This document shows positions 13,130-25,425 of a DNA stretch of 64,000 nt, piece after piece. Numbering within the stretch: the first letter of the stretch is position 1; every line of letters begins with the position of its first letter. The notes beneath the pieces were generated by a model. It was given only the letters and a program-made list of their open reading frames with translations, was not told where the DNA came from and did not search any database. The stretch is from Mobula hypostoma (lineage: Eukaryota), in contig NC_086108.1 in NCBI RefSeq assembly GCF_963921235.1, positions 110,548,001 to 110,612,000 of the forward strand, written 5' to 3'. Made by a program: the position numbers and the translations under genes.

Positions 13130-13205
13130 TTCTGCTGTTTGTCTTTTCTTTCTTTCGGGAATTTTAACCCAATCAATTTACTCCGTCCCAAATTTAGCGT
13201 TCAAA

Positions 13206-13224
13206 ATCGCGGACGAGAACCCCA
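13206..13224 (-). promoter_or_regulatory. Primer-binding site, tRNA-Pro-like (TGGGGTTCTCGTCCGCGAT)
   Basis: Lies 4 nt inside the 5' LTR. Imperfect match to the canonical tRNA-Pro PBS TGGGGGCTCGTCCGGGAT. Confidence 0.75.
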
Positions 13225-14615
13225 CTTATGTTACGTACCCCGTAACTGGGTTGCCAAACCAGCAGAAATGGAGCACTCAGTTGGAGTCTGGAGTACTAGA
13301 ACTAAGAAAGTTTTATTAAAGAAACAAGCAACACAGTAATCGAAAGGATAATAAATGCAACAATTCAACAATGATAACCACACATGTGCACAGAATTAAG
13401 ATAACAGCATCAATCAAGCTCTATCGTTGTCTAGGGGGTAAATGACCAAATTTCAAAATGACTCAAAGTTCAGTCCAGTTCAGTTCGCAGTAATCGTTGC
13501 CATGGCGAGGCACAACGTGGGGGGAAGAGAGAGATAGAATAGGAACAACTGATCATTCAGAACACTGCTTCACTCACAGACCAGCGAGATGGCTCACAGA
13601 CCAGCGAGATGGCTCACAAACAGCTTTTGGGCGGGTCCTTGGTGATGTCACCTGAGGTCACCGACTGTGACCCCTCCTCCAGATGCGGTCGATCCTCTGC
13701 AGTGAACCCGGCACCCAGGCAAGGGCGGACACACACCGGGTTCCCGCTGATCGTACCTTTCCACCCTTGTCGTTGTCTGGCACTTCTCACCCACTCGTGA
13801 GAGGCGCACCGCTTCCAGGGTCTCGTTACCTCGGGTGGCGTGTGCCCTGTCTTAGCGAACCTGTCCCTTTTTATCCCCCTGCTGGGGTATCGCCTGTCCA
13901 TCACTTCAAACAGTTCAGGGTTCAAAGGGGGGAGCCGCTCCAGACAGCTCTTTCTCCCACATCCCTTCATTACACATCTCCTGACGCTGCTCCATTGTTC
14001 CTTATCTCTCCTTCCCCTGAGGGCAGGTGGCAGACCAACTGCTGATGCCACTGATGCTAGCCCAGGCCAGCAAACATCTTAATTTTATGTGTATTCTCGT
14101 AACAACTGAGAGTGGGAAGAGGGCAGGGAGAGGGGAGTCATGGTTAGGGAAAAGGGAAGGGAGAGGGGAGGGAGTGGGAAGCACCAGAGAGACGGTCCCT
14201 AATGATCAATAAACCAATTGTTTGGAATCAAATGATCTTGCCTGGCATCTCAGGGCTGGGTGTGTCTGCACTCACCCCACCCCACCCTTGGCACTCCTCC
14301 TTTGCCACCTGTCCCACACCCTTCCTGTGGTGCTCCACCTTCATCCCTTGCTCCTGCCATATTCACAAGCTCACTCTCCGATTCATGTTGAGAAACACAG
14401 TACAATGCGAAAGTCTCAGGCAGCCTAGCTATATACTGTACGTGTCTGAGACTTGCACGGGACTGTGTGTGTTAATGTAGTGTCTTCACGTTAATGTGTA
14501 AGAGCCACAAGAAGGTTTCCAGACAGTGACACTGGTGTTGTGTTGTTCTTTAAAGACACTGTGAGTACTGTGTCCTTTGTCAATTTCCCACCACCACCTC
14601 TGGTGTCCGTGTGTA

Positions 14616-14620
<5 letters not shown>

Positions 14621-14664
<44 letters not shown>
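14621..14664 (+). repeat. (GT)n microsatellite
   Basis: Pure GT dinucleotide run. Confidence 0.95.
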
Positions 14665-14667
<3 letters not shown>

Positions 14668-15268
14668 CATGTTTCTGAATCAGGTTCAATATCACCAGCA
14701 TAGGTTGTAAAACTTGTCTTTGTGGCAGCAGTCCAGTGAAATACATAATAAGGAAACTGAATTATAGTGAAAAGTTGAATGACTAGTGTAAAAAGAATAG
14801 GTAGTGTTCATGGGTTCAATGTCCATTCAGAAGTCGGATGGCAGTGGGGAAGAAGCTGTTTCTGAAACATTGAGTATGTGCCTTCAGGCTTCTGTATCTC
14901 CTCCTTGGTAGCAATGTGAAGAGGGCATGTTCTGGGTGATGGGGGTCTGTAATGATGGATGCCACCTTTCTGAGGCATTGTGCCTTGAAGATGTCCTGGA
15001 TACTGGGGAGGCCAGTGCCCATGGTGGGGCCAACCCAGTTTACAACGTTCTGCAGCTCATTTCGATCCTGTGCAATGGCTCACTCCAAACCAGGCAGTGA
15101 TGCAGCCAGTTAGAAAGCTCTCTGTGATACATCTGTAGAAATTTGCGAGTGTCTTTGCTGACACACCAAATATCCTGAAACTCCTAACGAAATGCAGCCG
15201 CTGTCATGCCTTCTTTGTGATTGCACTGTTCTGTCCTTTGATTGCTTGTACCTCTTCCCTTCTCCCAG

Positions 15269-15362
15269 TTCTGGAAGTCCGAGGTGCCTCATGCCTCCCG
15301 ACACCGTCAGCGTCTCCCGTCGAGATGAAGACCTTTGAGACCAGCTCCTTGGGCACTGAGAG
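15269..15362 (+). CDS. SAMD13: SAMD13 internal exon (VLEVRGASCLPTPSASPVEMKTFETSSLGTE-S)
   Basis: Acceptor cttcccttctcccag|, donor AG|gtgcgt. Phase 1 in, phase 2 out, joining 19518 in frame. Weak similarity to the mammalian SAMD13 N-terminal region (EVKEPCSLP...VDME). Confidence 0.8.
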
Positions 15363-15829
15363 GTGCGTGTCTATTTTCCCTTCTTGCACGGGAGCTCTTG
15401 TCTAATCGCTCCCGACCTCTGCTGTCCGGTGTCCACCTAGCACTCACTGAGGAAAATACTTTGAGGATGCGGGTGATGACGTAGAGTGGGTGGCGCAGTA
15501 CCTGAGCAGTTAGCGCATCGTTTCGCAGCAGCAGTGGTCGGTGATCGGGTTCAATTCACGCCGCCGTCTGTAAGGCGTTTGTACGTTCTCCCCATGACTG
15601 TGTGGGTTTCCTCCAGGTGTTCCGGTTTCCTCCCACAGTCCAAAGACGGAGGGCTAGTGTGTTGTGGGCGTGCTATTTTGATGCCAGAAGCATAGTGACG
15701 CTTGTGTGCTGCCCCCCAGCTCATCCTTGGGCTGTGTTGGTCGTTGACAAAAGCAACTCATTTCTCTGTGATTTGGTGTACATGTGACAAATAAAGCTCT
15801 ACTGTATCTAAGAGTCTCAAATACGGAAG

Positions 15830-17830
15830 TGTCAGTCTTCACAGTGGAGGACGTATCTAACATGCCAAAGAGAGATGTTATAGATGCAATAGGAAGTAAG
15901 GAGCTCGATACAATAGCTATTACTGAAGAGGTAGTGCTGAGCAAACTTGTGGGCCTGAAGATAGATAAGTCCCCTGGTCCTGATGGAATGCATCCCAGGG
16001 TGCTGAAAGAAATGGCAGACGTTATAGTCGAGGCTTTGGTGATAATTTACCAAAATTCTCCGGACTCTGGGCAGGTCCCAGTGGATTGGAAGACGGTGAA
16101 TGTCACACCACTGTTCAAAAGAGGGTGTAGGCAAAAGGCAGGTAACTATAGGCCAGTCAGTTTAACATCTGTAGTTGGGAAAATGCTTGAAGCTATCATT
16201 AAAGAAGAAATAGTGAAGCATCTGGAAAGAAATGGATCCATCAGGCAGATGCAGCATGGATTCAGCAAAGGCAGGTCCTATTTGACAGACTTACTGGAGT
16301 TCTTTGAGGATATAATGAGCACAGTGGATAGAGGGGAACAGATGGACATTATTTACTTGGCTTTCCAGAAGGCGTTCATAAAAGACTTACCCACAAGAAA
16401 AGTATAAGGGTAAGGGATAATGTATTAGCATGACTAGAGGATTGGTTAACCAATAGAAAGCAGAGAGTTGGGATACATGGATGTTACCCTGGTTGACGAT
16501 CAGTGGTGAGTGGTGTGCCACAGGGGTTGGTGCTGGGCTTGCAACTGTTCACGATATACATTAATGATCTGGAAGAGAGGGCCAAGTGTAGTGTATCTAA
16601 GTTTGCTGATGATACTAAATTGAGTGGAAAATCAAATTGTGCAGAAGATGCAGAGAGATATAGATGGGTTAAGTGAGTTGGCAGGGGTCTTGCAGATGGA
16701 GTACAATGTTGGTAAATGCGAGGTCATCCACTTTGGAAAGAAAAGTGAAAGAGCAGGTTATTATTTAAAGATAAAGGCATCTGTTAGTCTTGCAAGACCA
16801 TGGATCTGCACCTGGAAAGTCTTCACTCTCCAGGGCGCAGGCCTGGGCAAGGTTGTATGGAAGACCAGCATTTGCCCATGCTGCAAGTCTCCCCTCTCCA
16901 CGACACCAATGTTGTCCAAGGGAAGGGCATTAGGACCCATACAGCTTGGCACCAGTGTCGTCGCAGAGCAATGTGTGATTAAGTGCCTTACTCAAGGACA
17001 CAACACGCTGCCTTGGCTGGGGCTTGAACTCACGACCTTCAGGTCGCTAGTCGAGTGCCTTAACCACTTGGCCATGTTTTTTTACTATTATTTAAATAGT
17101 AAAAAATTGCAGCACGCTGCTGTGCAGAGGGACTTGGGAGTTCATGTGCATGAATCTCAAAAGTTGGTTTGCAGGTGCAGCAGGCTATCAGGAAGGCAAA
17201 TGAAATGTTGGCCTTCATTGCTAGAGGGATTGAATTTAAGAGCAGGGAGGTTATGCTGCAACTATACAGGGTACTGGTGAGGCCACACCTAGAGTACTGT
17301 ATGCAGTCCTGGTCTCCTTACTTGAAGAAGGATATATTGGAGGCAGTGCAGAGGAGGTTCACCAGGTTGATTCCAGAGATGAGAGGGTTAGACTATGAGG
17401 AGATATTGAGTCACCTGGGACTGTACTCACTGGAATTCAGAAGAATGAGAGGAGATCTTATAGAAACACATAAAATTACGAAAGGATAGATAAGATAGAA
17501 GCAGCAAAGATGTTTCTGATGGTAGGCGAGACTGGAACTAGGGGACTTAGACTCAAGATTTGGGGGAGTAGATTTAGGATGGAAATGAGGAGGAACTGCT
17601 TTTCCCAGCCTGGTGAATCTGTGGAATTCTCTGCCCAATGAAGCAGTGGAGGCTACCTCAGTAAATATATTTAAGATAAGGTTGGACAGATTTTTGCATA
17701 GTAGGGGAATTAATGGGAGAAAGCCAGGTAGGTGGAGATGAGTCCATGGTCAGATCAGCCATGATTTTATGGAATGGCGGAGCAGGCTTGTCATGCCAGA
17801 TGGCCGACTCCTGCTCCTATTTCTTATGTT
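15830..17830 (+). mobile_element. 5'-truncated CR1-clade LINE containing a nested SINE
   Basis: KSPGPDGMHPRVLKE, NYRPVSLTSVVGK, QHGF, LVRPHLEYC and a CR1 3' UTR ending in ttcttatg. Confidence 0.9.
16775..17076 (-). mobile_element. Same SINE family, nested in CR1
   Basis: Reverse complement of 51235-51541, flanked by a ttatttaaa duplication. Confidence 0.8.
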
Positions 17831-18819
17831 CTTTTGTAAATGGGTGAGGAAATTCCCTAAGGCATTGAACACCATGGCCTTTCAAGGGAGGAAGGAGGTC
17901 TCCCACACCTGTGTATTGTCCAGCCCAGAGTCCCAGCCCATAACCCTGCACCACGGTTCTTCCCAAATAGAGACGCCATTTCCTTCTGAAAAATAGCACT
18001 CGGATGATTGTCAAAAATCCATGCTCTCTGTTTAAGTTCAAGTTTAATGCTGTAGGCTGACACTTGACCTCCGAAGCTGAACAGGTTAGTGTCGGTAAGT
18101 TGAGGGCATGCTGTGTTGGTGCCGGAAACATGGTGACACTTGTGGGCTGCCCCCAGCACATCCCCGGGCTGTGTTGGTTCTTGACACAAAGAATGCATTT
18201 CACTGTATGTGTGCTTCAATGTACGTAAGACACAGGTACGTTATTAGGCCAATCGTCCATTGAATTTGTTCTGCAATCCATCATTTTTGGTCAAAGGGCT
18301 TGTCTCTGCATTCCTCTGACTGTATAACTTAGTACACCGCTATCGTCACCTTGTGCAGAAGGCATGAGAGTAGAATCAGGCCACTCGGCCCGTCGAGTCT
18401 GCTCTGCCATTCCACCATGGCCGATTTATTATCCATCTCACTCCATTCTCCTGCCTTCTCCCCATAACCTTTGATGCCCTTGCTAAACAAGAACCGATCA
18501 AACTCCACTTTAAATACATCCAGTGACTTGGCCTCCACAGCTGCCCATGGGAGCAAATTCCACAGATTCACCACCCTCTTGCTAAAGAAATTCTTCGTCT
18601 CTGATCTGAGTGAATGTCCTTCTTTTCTGAGTCTGTACCCTCTGGTCCTAGGTTCCCCTATCATATGATGCTTCTTGTGATGTGTAGCGCAGTTTTGACT
18701 ACCTATCTGTCGCTGCGTAGCTTCCATACCTCGGTTTTATGGTCTTTGCTAATGTGTGCATACCGATGGCTGAAAGATTGTCCCAGTGTCACTTTCCTTC
18801 AGCCGGTATGTCCTTTTTC

Positions 18820-19320
18820 TTTATGTATCAAAACTATAAAAGATTATTTACAACACATAGACACAAGATAATCAATATTTACAAGATGGTAGTTACAATA
18901 CGGTTACTACCATCTATAAAACAGTCTATACCGCAGTGGGACCTCCGCTCACCTTCTGCCGCCTAGACCCGTGGACGGCCATCTTGGCCAGCCCCAGGAA
19001 CAAGCCCACCAGGAGATCCTTTTCACGCCCCACCCCCTTCTGAACTGGGTGCCCGTAGATGAGCGCGGGACTAAAGTGCAGCCAGAACCCCAGCAGCAGC
19101 CTTTGAGAAACTGAAAGGCCCTCGCATTCCGTGTACGCGTGGCAGACCGACTCTTCCCGCCCGCGGAATGGACAGCTGGACGCGGAGTCAGTGAACCTGC
19201 TCAGCTATCTGTTATATGGGACTGTCCAATGCAACACCTTCCACCCCAGGTCCTCAGTGTACAGGGGAAGCTCCCCTGCATAGAGACTTCCACTGGGGAG
19301 GGGGACACACCTAACTGAAG
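18820..19320 (-). mobile_element. Tx1/L1-like LINE 3' fragment
   Basis: Minus-strand peptide LLVGLFLGLAKMAVHGSR resembles the Tx1 ORF2 C-terminus. A-rich tail. Confidence 0.55.
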
Positions 19321-19517
19321 CTCTTGAGCAAAAGGCTGATCTTTCTTTGTTACCTTCCTGTAAATCGCCTTTTGAAAACGTCCATGATGGTAGTTAGAGG
19401 CCTCGCCTTGGAGTTCACCTCTCTCTCATTCATCGTCATGTTCCGATTCACTTTTTACGGGTGGTTTAACAGTTAAGAGATCCACGCTGATTGTTTGAAT
19501 TGCGTCTGTCTCCCTAG

Positions 19518-19626
19518 TCCAACGGAAAACACTCGGCTAGATCCGGTGGAGTGGACAATCCTAGACGTTTTCAACTACTTCAAGAAAGCTGGCTTCGAAG
19601 ACCAGGCTGGAGCATTTCAGGAACAG
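19518..19626 (+). CDS. SAMD13: SAMD13 exon, first half of SAM domain ([36 protein letters not shown])
   Basis: Acceptor tccctag|, donor CAG|gtgggt. Peptide matches the SAMD13/SAMD1-type SAM domain DP..W...DV.NYF...GFE.QA.AFQEQ. Confidence 0.93.
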
Positions 19627-19849
19627 GTGGGTCCGTGGAGGTGGTTGGTGCCTTCAGAACCTCAGCTGCTCTTCCTCCTACTGTAGAGTGAAGTGTCCTC
19701 TCTTCTTTCCACAAGATGGCCCCTCCACATCATTTTAGTTTTCAGCAAACCCCATCTCCATCTGCTAATCCCATTATTCCAGTTCCGAAGTGGTTTGGAA
19801 TTCGACAGGAAGCTGGTTCCTGTGCTTCCTTTATATTCACTAGGACACA

Positions 19850-20170
19850 ATTTCCCGCTCCCTTTAAACCCACCGGGACCCCAATCCCTGCTCCCTTTAA
19901 ACCCACCGGGACCCCATTCCCTGCTCCCTTTAAACCATGGGGATCCAATTTCCAAAATCCGTTTAAAACCCACCAGGACCCCGTCTCCCGCTCCCTCTAA
20001 ACCCCCCGGGACCCCGTCTCCCGCTCCCTCTAAACCCACCGGGACCCCGTCTCCCGCTCCCTCTAAACCCACCGGGACCCCGTCTCCCGCTCCCTCTAAA
20101 CACTCCGGGACCCCGTCTCCCGCTCCCTCTAAACCCTCCGGGACCCCGTCTCCCGCTCCCTTTAAACCTA
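19850..20170 (+). repeat. C-rich minisatellite, 33-bp unit, about 9 copies
   Basis: Unit CCCACCGGGACCCCGTCTCCCGCTCCCTCTAAA. Confidence 0.9.
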
Positions 20171-20334
20171 GCAGGAGCTTGATTCCTGTAAACCTGATAA
20201 ACTCACCATATTCTCTGGAAAAGTTATTCCACCCCTACGTAACAGCTTTGCAAAAGAAATGAACTGAAGTTCAGATGGGAAGAACATCCAGGATTCTGGG
20301 AAATCTAGAGCAACACACACAAAAAGAAAGACGG

Positions 20335-21300
20335 AAGAAGGGATGTTGGGCCAGTTAGCCTGACTTCAGTGGTTGGGAAGATGTTGGAGTCTACTATTGA
20401 AGATGAGTTTTTGGGGTACTTGGGGACACAAGGTAAAATCGGCAATAGCATGGGTTCCTCAAGTGGAAGTGGCAGATGGAATACAGTATGGAGAGATGTA
20501 TGTTCATGAACTTTGGAAGAAGGAATAAAAGCATAGGCTATTTTCTAATACAGGAGAAAACTGAAAACCCAGAAGTGCAAAGGGTCTTGGGATTCCTCGT
20601 GTAGGATTCCCTAAAGGTTAACTTCCAGGGTTAATTGGTGGTAAGGAATGCAAATACAACGTTAGCTTTCATTTCAAGAGGACTAAAATATAAAAGTAAG
20701 ATTATAATGTTGAGGCTTTATGAGGCTCTATGAGGTATTGGTGAGATTGCAGTCGGAATATTGTGAGCAGTTTTGGGTTCCTTATCTAAGAAAGGATGTG
20801 CACACATTGGAGAGAGTCCAGGGGAAGTTTATGAGAATGATCCCAGGAATGGAAGGGTTAACATATGAGCATTTGATGGCTCTGGGCCTTACTTACTGGA
20901 GTTCAGAAGAATGAGGGACATCTCATTGAAACCTATTGAATGGTGAAAGGCCTTGATAGTGGATGTGGAAAGGATGTTTCCTATGATGGGAGAGTCTAGG
21001 ACCAGAGGGCACAGCCTCAGAATAGAGGGACATCCATTTAGAACAGAGATGAGAAACAATTTCTTTAACCAGAGGATGGTGAATCTGTGGAATTCATTGG
21101 CATAGACGGCTTTGCAGGCCAAATGATTGGAAATATTTTTAGTGGAGGTTGATAGGTTCTTGATTAGTCAGGGTGTCACAGGTTACAAGGACAAGGCAGG
21201 AGAATGGGGTTGAAAGGGATAATAAATCAGCCATAATGGAACGGTGGAGAGGACTTGATTGACCAAATGGGCTAATTCTGCTCCTGTGTGTTATTGTCTA
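20335..21300 (+). mobile_element. CR1 3' fragment (other CR1 fragments at about 18370-18660 -, 21630-22010 +, 23020-23700 +, 30630-31150 -, 39335-39730 -, 47536-47950 +, 48670-49025 -, 54030-54415 -)
   Basis: Recurring CR1 3' ORF and UTR motifs (gtggtgaatctgtggaattc, agaatagaggg...tttag). Confidence 0.8.
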
Positions 21301-24300
21301 AAACACGCTGGAGGAGCTCAGCGTGTCAGGCAGCAGACCAGCGTCAGAGGGCAGGTCTGAGTTTTATCCGAACTTCACTGTAGATCAGGGCCGCGTGGGT
21401 GACTTTCCGTTAAAGCTGGTCAGTTGTTAAGGCTTCCACAGGTCACGTACCCAGTCTCCCCGTGTGTCGGCGGCACTGGTTCTCTTTATTCATTCAAAGC
21501 TGTGCAGATATGTCTAACAATGCCAGCTTTTATTACACATCCGTAATTATTCCGGAGCTGAGGAGATTGGGAGGAATGAGCCACATTGAGGGCGTAGTGG
21601 TCAGCAATGAGAAGTATCAGAGCTTGGAGCTGCTGGAAAAACAGACCGAAAAATGGCAAATGGAATTTAATGCAGACTAGTGCAAGGTATTGCAATTGCA
21701 CTTCAGTAGGACCATCTAGGGTAGATCCTATACAGTGAACAGTAGGGCACTGAGGAGTGTCTTAGAACAGAGGGATCTGGCATTACAAGTCCGTAATTCA
21801 TTGAAGGTGGCGTCAGAGGTAGATATGGCCATTCTGCCACATTGGCTTCCATTAATCAGTGTATTGAGTGTAGGAGTTGGGATGTTATGAAATTGAAACA
21901 CAAGACGGTGAGGTCTATTGTGTGCAGTTTTGTCACCTGCCTACAGGAACGATGCAGAGAAAATTTACAAGGATGTTACCAGGACTTGAGGACCTGAGTT
22001 ATAGGGAAAGGTTCAAAGGTTCATTTATTATCAAAGTATACAACTTGAAATTCTTCAATTCTCTGCTGTGAGACCAAGCAAGAAAAGAAAGGCAGCACCA
22101 TCATCAACCCCCAAATCCCACCTCCCCGCAAAAAAAATGAACAAAAACGGGACATATCAACCTCCAGATCCCTCCTCCCTCACAAAAAAAAGCAATGAAA
22201 CAGATCAGACACATCGAACCCAAAGTCCGTCCCCCCGCCCACATAAAAAAAATGAAACAGGCACATGAACCCCTCCCCCCCCCCAATCCTCCTTCCTGCA
22301 CAAAATAAATGAGAAGATTGGGTGAAAAACACAATATAAAAACTGTAAGACTGAAAAATAGAGTCTATAGTCCAAGTCCACATCCAAAACACTGAAAAAA
22401 CCTGGGTAACACTCTCCGGGTTCAGCGGCAGGCTCTCCCCTCTCTGGTGTAGAGCAACTTCCCAAGACTTAACCAGCCAGCTCTCGCCCTCCGCACTCGC
22501 TTCGATGCTTCAATCTCATCGCTCGGCAATCAATGGAAAGTATAATCAGCGAACTGGAGCCAAGCATTGGCTCGCTGCCTTCTCGCCACGACGTTCGCAC
22601 ACACTGCCTCTCCCTCCCGGAATCCTCGGTGAGACTGCAGTGCACTTGAACACCCAAAAGATCTCCAAGCTTCTACAATTGGCTTGAGGTTTCAATCTCC
22701 CTTGTCACTTTAATCGGTGAAATGGGGGTCAAACGTCGGTTCGTGCGTCGTCCTGAAACCATCTCGCCGCGAAGTTTGCTCATGCTGCCTCTGCCGTCCA
22801 GAACCGTCTGGGAGACTGCAGCTTGCTAAAGCACCCAAGCCATCTCCAAATTGCAAAACACAGGCTCCAACAGTTCCGGATCACGTTCAAGATGAGAAAC
22901 AGACGTAAAGGAGGTAAAAGAAGTGGGAAATGATGGTTTCATGACCCAGCCAGAAAAAGTTACCCAAAGGAATGTTGTACACAGGCGCCATCTTGACCGG
23001 AAGCCATGCTCTTTTCTCAAAGGTTGGTTGGAACTTTATTCCGTGGAGCGTGGGAGAACGAGAGGAGATTCGATTGGTATAGACACGGTCAATGCAAGTA
23101 GGTTTTTCCTGTTGAGGATGGGTGAGACTAGAACGAGAGGTCATGGGTTAAGGGTGAAAAGTGAGATGTTTAAGGGGAACATGAGTGGGAACTGCACTCA
23201 GGGTGGTGAGTGTGTGGAATGAGCTGCCAGTGGAAGTGGTGGATACGGCTTCGAATTCAACATCTAACAGAAGTTTTGATAGTTACATGGAGTTTAGGGG
23301 CTGCAGCCCGTGTGCGAGTATATGGGTTTAGACAGAATAATAGTTCAGCATGGACTAAATGGGCTGAAGGGCCTGTTTCTGTGCAGTAGTGCTCTGTGAC
23401 TCTGATATAAAACTTAGAACACAGAATGTAGAACATTACAGCAACTTTTTCACTCAGAAGGTGAATCCATATCAAATGAGCTGCCAGAGGAAGTGGTTAA
23501 GGCAGGTACGTTAGTGACATTTAAAAGGTATTTGGACAGGTACGTGGATAGGAAAGGTTTAAGCAGCAGGGGATCCCAACTTTTTTTTAATACCATTAAA
23601 CAAGGGGTCCTTAGAACCCAGAGTAGGAACCCCTAGTGTCGAGGGATATGGGTGAAACTAGCTTAGATGGGAATGTCGGACAAGTTGAGTCGAAGGGCCT
23701 GTTGCATTGGAAGGTTTGTGGATTGGCTCGGTATGGCAGAAAGTCACGGGTTCCAGTTTTACACTGACAGTAACGACACTTCGTTTATTTGGACAGAATA
23801 GGAAGCGTAAAAATACTTACCTAGGTATGCACGAGTCCTCTCACCACGGCGTACTTCCAACTCGAACCACAGCAGTGTTCACAAACCGGTCCGCCAGTGA
23901 GGCCTCGCGGTCTGCACCCCCAGACCGCTCATATCTTTGTACCCTCTCCACTGATGTAAAATACTGCAGAAACTGGACCAATCCATTAACACAAGCTCGG
24001 GTGCCACGTTACGGTAGTAGTTAGCGAGACACTGTTAACTGGGTGCTCTGGAATCCAGAGTTAAGTTCCAGCGCTGTTCTATGCCCTCTTTGTGGAATAT
24101 GTGGGTTTCCCCTCTCGGTCCAAAGCCTCACTGGGTAGGTTAATTAGTTACTGTCAAGTCAGATTTGTCAGGGGTTTCTGGGGTGGGGTAGCTCGAAGGG
24201 CCTATTAGCTCTATCGCTAAATAAATAATCCACCCAACCAGAACCAATCACCACTCGTCACGCATCCCTCTGTCTGTTCACCTGAGTTTCATGTTCTGAT

Positions 24301-24460
24301 GGTTGTAGTGCACTCTCACGGTCTCAGTCTCACACGCTCAAGGCCACAGTGGTGAAGACATTGAAGCACAACAATTCCCCCTTCACAATACAATCACTCA
24401 GCATTCCTGTTCCGGCTAGCACTGATTTGTACGCGATCTCTTCTTCCCACAAACCTGCAG

Positions 24461-24610
24461 GAAATCGACGGCAAGTCCCTGCTCCTCATGAAGCGGAGCG
24501 ACGTTCTAACAGGACTGTCGATCAAGCTGGGCCCCGCCCTGAAGATCTACGAATTCCACGTGAAGGCCTTGCAAATGAGTCACTTGAAGGGCAGTTCCTC
24601 GGAGTGTTAG
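24461..24610 (+). CDS. SAMD13: SAMD13 last coding exon ([49 protein letters not shown])
   Basis: Acceptor cctgcag|, phase 0, 50 codons ending TAG. Contains SAM motif [10 protein letters not shown]...LGPALKIY. Adjacency to UOX favours SAMD13 over SAMD1, as in mammals. Confidence 0.93.
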   Translation, partial: EIDGKSLLLMKRSDVLTGLSIKLGPALKIYEFHVKALQMSHLKGSSSEC

Positions 24611-25144
24611 AGGAGGCCGGCGGCTTCTGTGCTGGAGATGGTGCGTTGGGGTCAATACCTCCCTTCTTCCTGGTTGCATGTAGGATATTGGATGTTCAGT
24701 AGTGTGGATTGTGTGTTTGTAGAAACTTGTCAGTCTCCTCTTTTAAGTTCGAGGCGTTGTCGAAGCCCCTTGAGATGTCAGCCTGGACCCTTGCCTCGGA
24801 TTTTGTGAGCAGTTGTGTTTTGCGCCTCCCCCCGCTAAGTAAGCATATTTACTTTGTGTATATAACTCCTGTCTGAGGTGTTGCATCGTGGGAAGCTGTA
24901 ACCATGGGAACACACGTACAGCAGTAACGTGTTACGTAACTGTGGATGTCTTCGGAAAGACGTGACTGTATTTGTAACAGAAATATATATTCTATTGATT
25001 TGATGGAAATGGATGGTTGCGGGGTCTCTCAGCGTCCCGTTTAGCTGTCAGTGTCGCTGTGGGAGGTCTTCAGCCTGACAGTGCCCATCCAAAAGGAATC
25101 TAGTTGGGTGACGAGGGGAACCACATGAATTTTGGAATGAGGTG

Positions 25145-25425
25145 GGGGCACCATGGTAGTTTAGCAGTTAGCGCGATGCTATTACAGCTCTGGGCTTATG
25201 ATTTCAATTCCCGTGCCGTCCGTAAGGAGTTTGTACATCCTCCCTGTGAACCATGTTCATTTCCTCCGGGTGCTCTGGTTTCCTCCCACACTCCAAAGAC
25301 ATACCGGTTAGTAGGTTAATTAGTTGCTGTAAATTGTCCTGTGCTTAGGTTAGGGTTGAACAGGTGGGTTGCTGGGCGACGCGACACGTTGGGATGGAAC
25401 TATTGTTCTGTGCTGTCTCTCTAAA
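25145..25425 (+). mobile_element. HE1-like V-SINE (other copies at about 1860-2105 -, 2215-2410, 15485-15650, 24000-24220, 26175-26360, 27595-27830, 50180-50370, 55165-55430, 63580-63700)
   Basis: tRNA-like head plus the V-domain gtaaggagtttgtacgttctcccc...gggtttcctcc.ggtgctc.ggtttcctccca. Confidence 0.75.

Larger units (their letters stand above)
9192..14104 (-). mobile_element. Gmr1-like Ty3/Gypsy LTR retrotransposon, non-autonomous and young, in a SAMD13 intron
   Basis: Two near-identical TG...CA LTRs (9192-10047 and 13229-14104). 4-bp TSD ACTG (9188-9191, 14105-14108). tRNA-Pro-like PBS at 13206-13224 and polypurine tract next to 10047, both on the - strand. One long internal ORF. Confidence 0.95.

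Noticed and set aside
9552..14082. Duplicated ORFs of 63-145 aa at 9552-10025 and 13609-14082 as paralogous genes
   Set aside because: They are incidental frames inside the two LTRs.
19693..20262. 189-aa Pro-rich mucin/extensin-like protein
   Set aside because: Produced by a 33-bp intronic minisatellite, with no ATG start or splice support.
23812..23822. ATACTTACCT as the 5' end of a U1 snRNA gene
   Set aside because: The match ends after about 10 nt and no U1 body follows. It is better read as a minus-strand splice-donor consensus.
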